Shown here piece after piece: positions 58,211 through 64,000 of a DNA stretch of 64,000 nt. The notes below the pieces were generated by a model that ran no database searches, was not told the origin of the DNA, and saw only the letters and a list, made by a program, of their open reading frames with translations. Where the stretch lies: positions 128,001 to 192,000 of the forward strand of contig OY970323.1 in NCBI GenBank assembly GCA_963716985.1, written 5' to 3'. Position 1 is the first letter of the stretch. The number at the start of each line of letters is the position of its first letter. This stretch comes from an uncultured bacterium (GTDB taxonomy: Bacteria; Chlamydiota; Chlamydiia; Chlamydiales; SM23-39). The position numbers and the translations under genes were made by a program.

Positions 58211-59563
58211 TTAATCCTGCGCCTCAAGCAGTGCCTTCTTGAGGCGCTCAATGCGCGAGAGGTCCAGACGAATCAATATTTTTCTGTGTTTGGACATCTG
58301 GACATGTCCGCGTTTGCCTTTGATGCGGCTTAAGAATTTTCGCTCGACGATGAAGATGTGCGACTCTTTTTGCTCTTTTGCCTTGCTATAGAAGAGGGCA
58401 AGGTGCGCTGCGTCGAGAATCGACTCTTCATCCATTGCGCTGTTTTTTTTTGTCTTTAGAATCACATGGGATCCCGGATCATCGGCGACATGAAGCCAAA
58501 GATCGGAGCCCTTGGCAAGAGAAAATGTTAAGCGGTCATTTTCCTCGTCGTTGCGGCCGACGAAAATCTTTTGGCCGGATGCAGAGGTAAATTCTAAAAA
58601 CTCTCTTTTTGCTTTTTCTTTTTGCGGGAAGAAAGAGGGGTGTTCTTTTCGGAAGGAGACAAGTGCATGCAAGGTAGGGATTTGTTCGACTTTTTTTAAA
58701 AGATTTGCACACTCCAGAAGAGCATGTCTTATTTTTTCTTTTTTTTCGCAGAGGAGCTCCTCTTCTTTTTTTAAACGAGAGGCCTTTCGAAAGAAAGCGG
58801 CCACCTGCTCCGACGGGGAGAGGGAGGGATCGAGCAGCAGGGTCTGTTTGGTATGCGTCTGCCAATCTTCAAGCTCGATTTTTTTGCATCCTTTTTGCAG
58901 CAGATGAAAATGGCTTTTTAAGAGATGGGCGTCTTTAAGCGTTTGTTCAAAAAGAGGCGTTTTTTTCTCCAGCTTTTGTAGTTCTTTTTCCCATCTTTTT
59001 TTTCGGGAAACAAGAATTTTGACTGTCTCTTCTTTTTCCTGTTCAAATGAAAGAATCTCCTCCGCCTGCTGATAAAGAGATTCTAGGTTGGAGAGGAAAG
59101 AGGGGTCGACTTCGCTTAAGAGATGTTCTTTGGGCTTTGGAGGAGGTTCGTATACTTTCTTGTCCATCGGGACATAGCTTAAAAAAATGAGATTTTCCTT
59201 ACCCGCGAGATAGAGATTTGCTCCTCTTGAAAAGAGCTCGAAAATCAAGGAAAATCCATTTTCAAAACGCAATTGAAGAATGCGATCTTCGTTCAGAAGA
59301 GCGAGGGAGGTAATCTTTTGATTCTTGAGATACGATTCGATCTTTTTGCAAAAAGGAGTGGAGCGGGAAGGAACTTTTTTTTCTTGGAGATGAAAACGAA
59401 CAAAGGGATGCTTTAAGCAGACCAAAAGAGAAATTTTTTGGGAAAAATGGAGCAGCCATTTGGCGGGGCCGATTTCTCCGATAGAAGAGAGGTTGTTCCC
59501 TTGCAGTTTTGGGCCGATTGTTTTTGCAAGATAGAAAATTTGGCTATAAGAGAGATCTTTCAT
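58211..59563 (-). CDS. NFACT (RqcH/FbpA-like) protein
   Basis: DRILQL, FELF..GAN, VGRNDEENDRLT and WLHVADDPGSHV. Confidence 0.88.
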   Translation of the reverse strand: MKDLSYSQIFYLAKTIGPKLQGNNLSSIGEIGPAKWLLHFSQKISLLVCLKHPFVRFHLQEKKVPSRSTPFCKKIESYLKNQKITSLALLNEDRILQLRFENGFSLIFELFSRGANLYLAGKENLIFLSYVPMDKKVYEPPPKPKEHLLSEVDPSFLSNLESLYQQAEEILSFEQEKEETVKILVSRKKRWEKELQKLEKKTPLFEQTLKDAHLLKSHFHLLQKGCKKIELEDWQTHTKQTLLLDPSLSPSEQVAAFFRKASRLKKEEELLCEKKEKIRHALLECANLLKKVEQIPTLHALVSFRKEHPSFFPQKEKAKREFLEFTSASGQKIFVGRNDEENDRLTFSLAKGSDLWLHVADDPGSHVILKTKKNSAMDEESILDAAHLALFYSKAKEQKESHIFIVERKFLSRIKGKRGHVQMSKHRKILIRLDLSRIERLKKALLEAQD

Positions 59564-59686
59564 AACTGGGATTTTTCTTGAATTTTACGGTAGAGGAGGT
59601 TAAAAATCGATGAAGTTCGAAATGGACTTTTTTCTTTTGAGTCGTTATGTGTACTATAGATTACTAACAGGCGGGAGGGATTCTTC

Positions 59687-60126
59687 ATGAAAAAATGTCT
59701 TTTTGCGATTTTGTTTTTAGGGTTCATTGTGTGCGGCTGCGAAACAAAAACGGGAACGGGCGCCCTTGCCGGAGGCGGAATTGGCGCGCTGACAGGGGGT
59801 CTCATTGGGGGGGGCAGGGAGCTCTCATTGGAGGCGCCGTGGGTGCGATCGGGGGAGGATTGGTAGGCGCTGCTCTTGACGAACAGGATCGAAAGATGAT
59901 GGAACAGTCGAGCCCGCGCACGGTAGAAAGAATGGATCATGGCGAGCCTTTGACGATTAGCGATGTGATCAAGCTATCTCAAGGCGGCGTGAGCGATGAG
60001 ACGATCATCCGTTACATCAAACGCAGCGAGACCACTTATAACTTAAGCCAAGCGCAAATCGATCGATTAAAAGAAGCGGGCGTGAACCAGCGAGTGATTA
60101 ATTACATGGTCAATACCGGAGATTAA
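59687..60126 (+). pseudogene. Glycine-zipper lipoprotein, frameshifted at a G8 tract
   Basis: MKKCLFAILFLGFIVCGCETKTGTGALAGG...IGG, then G8 (59807-59814), then QGALIGGAVGAIGGG...DEQDR in the next frame. Confidence 0.85.
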
Positions 60127-60137
60127 TCAGGGGATTT

Positions 60138-61178
60138 ATGTCTTGTCAGATGGGGCGCGGAGATACGTTAGATTCCAGTTATTTTCAAAAGGTAGCTAGG
60201 CGCTCTCACCTAAGCACTCTGAAGCAGTTTAAAAAGACGATGGCCTTTTTTGCCTGGTTCAAATTGGGCTTTCTTTTTCTTTTTATCGTGGAAGTTCTTT
60301 TCCTCATGTGGTTTTTTGTCTTTTTTGCCCAATCGTCTCTTTTTGCCATCTTCTTAGGGGTGATTTTTTTGACGGTCTTTACCTATCTCGTGCTCTTTTT
60401 TTATTTCCAGACCAAAAAACCCGAACAGCTGGAAAAGCTGAAAGAACGCTTTATGCAATCCTGCCGGCAAGTTTCTAATATTCCTGCCGATGCCGCGGAA
60501 CATCATTTAATGCTGGCCCAATCCGCCTTAAAACTTGTTGCCCAAATGCAGGGGTTTGAAGAAAAGTATTACAAGGCTCCAAACAGCCTTCATTTTTTCT
60601 CTTCGCTTTTTTCAAAGCTGGGAACCTTTCTTCATCAGGAGGATGTTTTTCTTATGAAGGAAGAGCTTCTTTTCGGCGCGATTGACGAGCATGTGGCGCA
60701 AATCCAGATGACTCCTTGCGATTTAGAAGTCCACGCTTCTTTAGCCCATACCTACGTAGTGCTTTCCCGTCTTTATTTGGAAGCGCAAAATCGGACGAGC
60801 AGCGGGCTTGCCAAAAGCGTGGAAGCCAGGCTGGAAAAAAAATTCGAGACGGCGTCATTAAGGGCGATTGAAGAGCTCAAGATCCTCAATGACTACGCTC
60901 CTAACGATCCTTGGGTTCATGCCCAATTGGCCCAAAGCTACCAAACGCTGCAAATGCCCAATGAAGAGGCGGCAGAGTATGAAATTCTTTTGAAGCTCAG
61001 CCCCAATGACAAAGAGATTCTTTTTCGTTTGGGAAGGCTCTATTTGGAGTTGGGCCAAAACGCAAGGGGTCTTCGTATTTATGAAGACTTGAAAGGAATG
61101 TCTTATAAAAAGGCAGAAGATCTCATTGCTTTTTATGGTACCGGCAGATCGTTAGATCTTCAGGAAGATATTCATTGA
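60138..61178 (+). CDS. Membrane-anchored TPR protein
   Basis: Two TMs and TPRs (PNDPWVHAQLA, EILFRLGRLYLELG). Confidence 0.82.
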   Translation: MSCQMGRGDTLDSSYFQKVARRSHLSTLKQFKKTMAFFAWFKLGFLFLFIVEVLFLMWFFVFFAQSSLFAIFLGVIFLTVFTYLVLFFYFQTKKPEQLEKLKERFMQSCRQVSNIPADAAEHHLMLAQSALKLVAQMQGFEEKYYKAPNSLHFFSSLFSKLGTFLHQEDVFLMKEELLFGAIDEHVAQIQMTPCDLEVHASLAHTYVVLSRLYLEAQNRTSSGLAKSVEARLEKKFETASLRAIEELKILNDYAPNDPWVHAQLAQSYQTLQMPNEEAAEYEILLKLSPNDKEILFRLGRLYLELGQNARGLRIYEDLKGMSYKKAEDLIAFYGTGRSLDLQEDIH

Positions 61179-61274
61179 ATTTCTTCCCCCAAAAGACCGT
61201 TTTTTTTGGTTAAATTTTGATGATTCTTAATGAACCATGGATATAATCACAAAATAGGAAAAAAAGGTGAAAAA

Positions 61275-64000
61275 ATGCGTCAAGTAAATCTTTTTCATTT
61301 CACGCGCAGTTTTCTGATCGGCGTGGCTCTTTTCTTTTGCGCATCACCCCTTCTTTCGGAAGACGCGCACGAGCCTCCTTGTCAGAATTTACAGGAAGAT
61401 GCAGAAGCAATGTTTTTGCGAAGGATCGTCGAATTTTGGGAATCCGGCCAGTATTCGGTAGCCAAGGAAGAAATCGGAAAGTATTTAGAGGAGCATCCCG
61501 GGACTCATCTGACAAACGATCTATTGGTTTTTTTAGGCGACGTTTATTTGAAGGAAGGAAAGTTTGAAGAGGCGATTGTAACCTATAAAAAAATCAAGGA
61601 CAATTCGGTCAAGCTTTCCGTCTATTTGAACTATCTTCAATGCCTCTTGGAGCTCAAAAAATACCAAAATCTGATCAGCGAGTGCAGTTTTTATTTGCAT
61701 AACTACAGCTCCTTTCTGGCGGAAACGACCCAGCAGGTGAAGGTCTATTTGGGATATGCCTACTATGAAAGCGCAATGAATGCCCAAGGAGATGCTGCTC
61801 AAGCCTTTGCCCGGATGGCAAAACCCTATTTTGAAGATCTTCTGAAGACAAATTTTTGCGAAGAATCCCTGCAAATTTTGACCTCTTTGCACCAGATTTT
61901 GCAAGATTATCGGTCGGCCGGCAATCTCTATCTATCGCTTAGCGAAAAATATCCGGAGAGAAAAGAGGAGTTTCTTTTCGAGGCCGCCAATTGCGCACTT
62001 GAATTTGACAGAGATCTTGCCCTGCAGACATTTTCCACCATTTGCCGCACCGGAAAAGCAAAGGTGCATGAGGCAGCCGATCAGAGGATGCGGCTTCTTT
62101 ATGAAATGAAAAAATACTCCGACCTCATTCTTTTAGCCGACGCGCTTGCGGATCTTTGTTCGAAGGAAAATCTGCCCTTTTTTCATTTTCTTTTGGGAAG
62201 CAGTTATTTCGAGCTGAAGGATTATAAACATGCCGCTCTTGAAATGAAAAAATATATTGATAGAGAAGAGGTGAAGGATGAGAAAATGAGAGACGCCCTC
62301 GCTCTCATCATGAGTGCTGCGCACCAGATGAAAGATCGAGAGCTTTTTGAGGAGAGCTTTGCCTCTTTTGAAAAGAATTTCCCCAAGGACGAAGAGCTGC
62401 CCAAAGCACTTCTGGCAAAGGCTCTGTTAAATAAAAAAGATTCTCGGCCGGTAGAGGCGGAAAAAGATTTTTCTCAGCTAGTTCCTATCTTTTCTACTCT
62501 CGAAGATAGTGAAACTTTTCTCTATGAGTATGCCGACCTTCTCTTGCAGATGAAGGAGGCGTCAAAGAGCAAAGAGTATTTCTCAAAACTTTTGCAAATC
62601 ACAAAAAACGAGGCCCAAAAAAGAGAGGCTCTTCGCGGGCTTATCCATGCTTCCGTAGTCGTTGCTTTTGAAGAGAAAGACACAGAAAAGGCAATCGCTT
62701 TGAAGAAAGATCTCGTCGTTAGCTTGCAAACGATGCTCTCAGAAAAAGAAGCTCTTTCCGATCAAGAGAGAGACGAGTATCTCTATCTTTTGGGACAGTG
62801 TCAATTCGAATGCAAAGAGTTCGCCTCTGCCCTTGAAGTTTTAGAGCCTTTAACGGAAAAATCTAAAAATTGTCCCCATCTGGCGCAAGTCCATCTCTTT
62901 TTAGCCCAATGTGCCGATAGGATCAACAAGGATAAAAAGAGCTATTGCCGGCATGTGGAGACAGCGCTTGCTTTGAAAGATCCCTCTTTAAAGGAATCTT
63001 CGCTGCATCTTCTTCTTTTTAATGGATATTTTGAACTGGGACAGGAGAATCAAGAAATGCTCTCGATGGCTGCCGAACATCTTTTTTTAGCGCAGCTGGA
63101 TGAGACGATCCGGATCCAAGAGGATAATCAGCTTTGGCTTGCGCAATACTATTACCAAAGAAGCGATCGCTTCATGCAGATAAGCCAGTGGAGGGCCAAA
63201 GAGGAAGAAAAGCTGCGCATGCAAGAAGAGAGACGGCGAGCGATTTCTCTGATCGAAAAAAACGTGACGCTTCCTCCCAAAGAAACGATCACTCCTCAAG
63301 AAGAAGAGGCACTATTCAAGCTTGCCAACCTATTCCAATGGGATCAAAACCGGGAGAAATCCTTAGAACTGTTCACGCTTTTGCAGGATCAGTATAAAAA
63401 AGATCCAACCACTTGTTGGAATAGGAAAGAACCGGCCCTTCTCTCTCTTTCCAAAAGCTTGAGAGAAAAAGGAGATCAGGGAAAAGCAATGGATCTTCTC
63501 GACGAGGTCATCTCGTTGAAAAGAGACCCTTTTGCCGTCATGAAAGCATCTTTTGAAAAGTGTCTTCTTCGCATATCTCTCTTGACGGAAGAGGAAAAGA
63601 GCCTTTCCTCTCCTCAGGTGGTCAGCATCATAGCCGAGCTCAAGCAGATCAAGCTGCAGAGAAAGCTGGCGTATGAGCCTCTTCATTTTGAAGCAGCGCT
63701 TGCGCTTGTCGAGCTTGAGTCATCTCTTGAAAAAGAGGCCCCTTTTTTTGAAAAAAAACTCGCAAAGCTCCTCGCTTTGAAAGAAGAGTTTTTTTCGAGC
63801 GAAGATGTTCTTTCCAAGGATTATCACGAACTGAGAAAAAAAATGATCGACAAAGAGCTTTTGATTCAGAGCTATTTGGCGATGATCGATGAGGAAGTGC
63901 TCATTTGCAAAATGAGAAGCGAAAAAGAGAAGAGCGAAGATGTTGCAAGATATTATCAAGAAGCCAATCGATTGATCCACGCTCTTCTGGAAGAAAATTT
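61275..64000 (+). CDS. Large exported TPR-repeat protein (runs off window end)
   Basis: ATG 61275 MRQVNLFHFTRSFLIGVALFFCASPLLSED... with TPR LGDVYLKEGKFEEAIVTYKK. Missing from the ORF track, consistent with no stop before the window end. Confidence 0.8.
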   Translation, partial: MRQVNLFHFTRSFLIGVALFFCASPLLSEDAHEPPCQNLQEDAEAMFLRRIVEFWESGQYSVAKEEIGKYLEEHPGTHLTNDLLVFLGDVYLKEGKFEEAIVTYKKIKDNSVKLSVYLNYLQCLLELKKYQNLISECSFYLHNYSSFLAETTQQVKVYLGYAYYESAMNAQGDAAQAFARMAKPYFEDLLKTNFCEESLQILTSLHQILQDYRSAGNLYLSLSEKYPERKEEFLFEAANCALEFDRDLALQTFSTICRTGKAKVHEAADQRMRLLYEMKKYSDLILLADALADLCSKENLPFFHFLLGSSYFELKDYKHAALEMKKYIDREEVKDEKMRDALALIMSAAHQMKDRELFEESFASFEKNFPKDEELPKALLAKALLNKKDSRPVEAEKDFSQLVPIFSTLEDSETFLYEYADLLLQMKEASKSKEYFSKLLQITKNEAQKREALRGLIHASVVVAFEEKDTEKAIALKKDLVVSLQTMLSEKEALSDQERDEYLYLLGQCQFECKEFASALEVLEPLTEKSKNCPHLAQVHLFLAQCADRINKDKKSYCRHVETALALKDPSLKESSLHLLLFNGYFELGQENQEMLSMAAEHLFLAQLDETIRIQEDNQLWLAQYYYQRSDRFMQISQWRAKEEEKLRMQEERRRAISLIEKNVTLPPKETITPQEEEALFKLANLFQWDQNREKSLELFTLLQDQYKKDPTTCWNRKEPALLSLSKSLREKGDQGKAMDLLDEVISLKRDPFAVMKASFEKCLLRISLLTEEEKSLSSPQVVSIIAELKQIKLQRKLAYEPLHFEAALALVELESSLEKEAPFFEKKLAKLLALKEEFFSSEDVLSKDYHELRKKMIDKELLIQSYLAMIDEEVLICKMRSEKEKSEDVARYYQEANRLIHALLEEN

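Overview
Chromosomal segment of an environmental (non-Chlamydiaceae) member of Chlamydiota. This is inferred from the thrS-parA-pGP6-D cluster, MOMP-like porins, LplT-like MFS next to recCBD, rpsT/rpoD, a chlamydial-type T2SS and the tol-pal-LysM locus, together with mreC and murI. Five accessory patches interrupt the core. (1) The edge of a tRNA-Pro-integrated island carrying a type I R-M HsdR. (2) A nest of mobile elements near tRNA-Ala: a group II intron with atypical ends, an IS3 remnant, and an intact two-ORF Mutator-like IS with 16-bp TIRs and a 9-bp TSD. (3) Two small paralogues with a possible dsRBD-like C-terminus. (4) A complete IscB/omegaRNA element inserted exactly at the ATGA stop/start overlap in front of gspD. 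(5) A tandemly duplicated cassette behind the T2SS pseudopilins that pairs a small glycine-zipper membrane protein with genes ending in eukaryotic CaaX prenylation boxes (CSVM, plus a cryptic remnant ending CVIQ). This last cassette is the best candidate for an undescribed host-interaction system. Also noted: a FliE-like orphan, a G8-frameshifted lipoprotein and candidate structured RNAs. All calls come from reading motifs by eye; no database searches were run.
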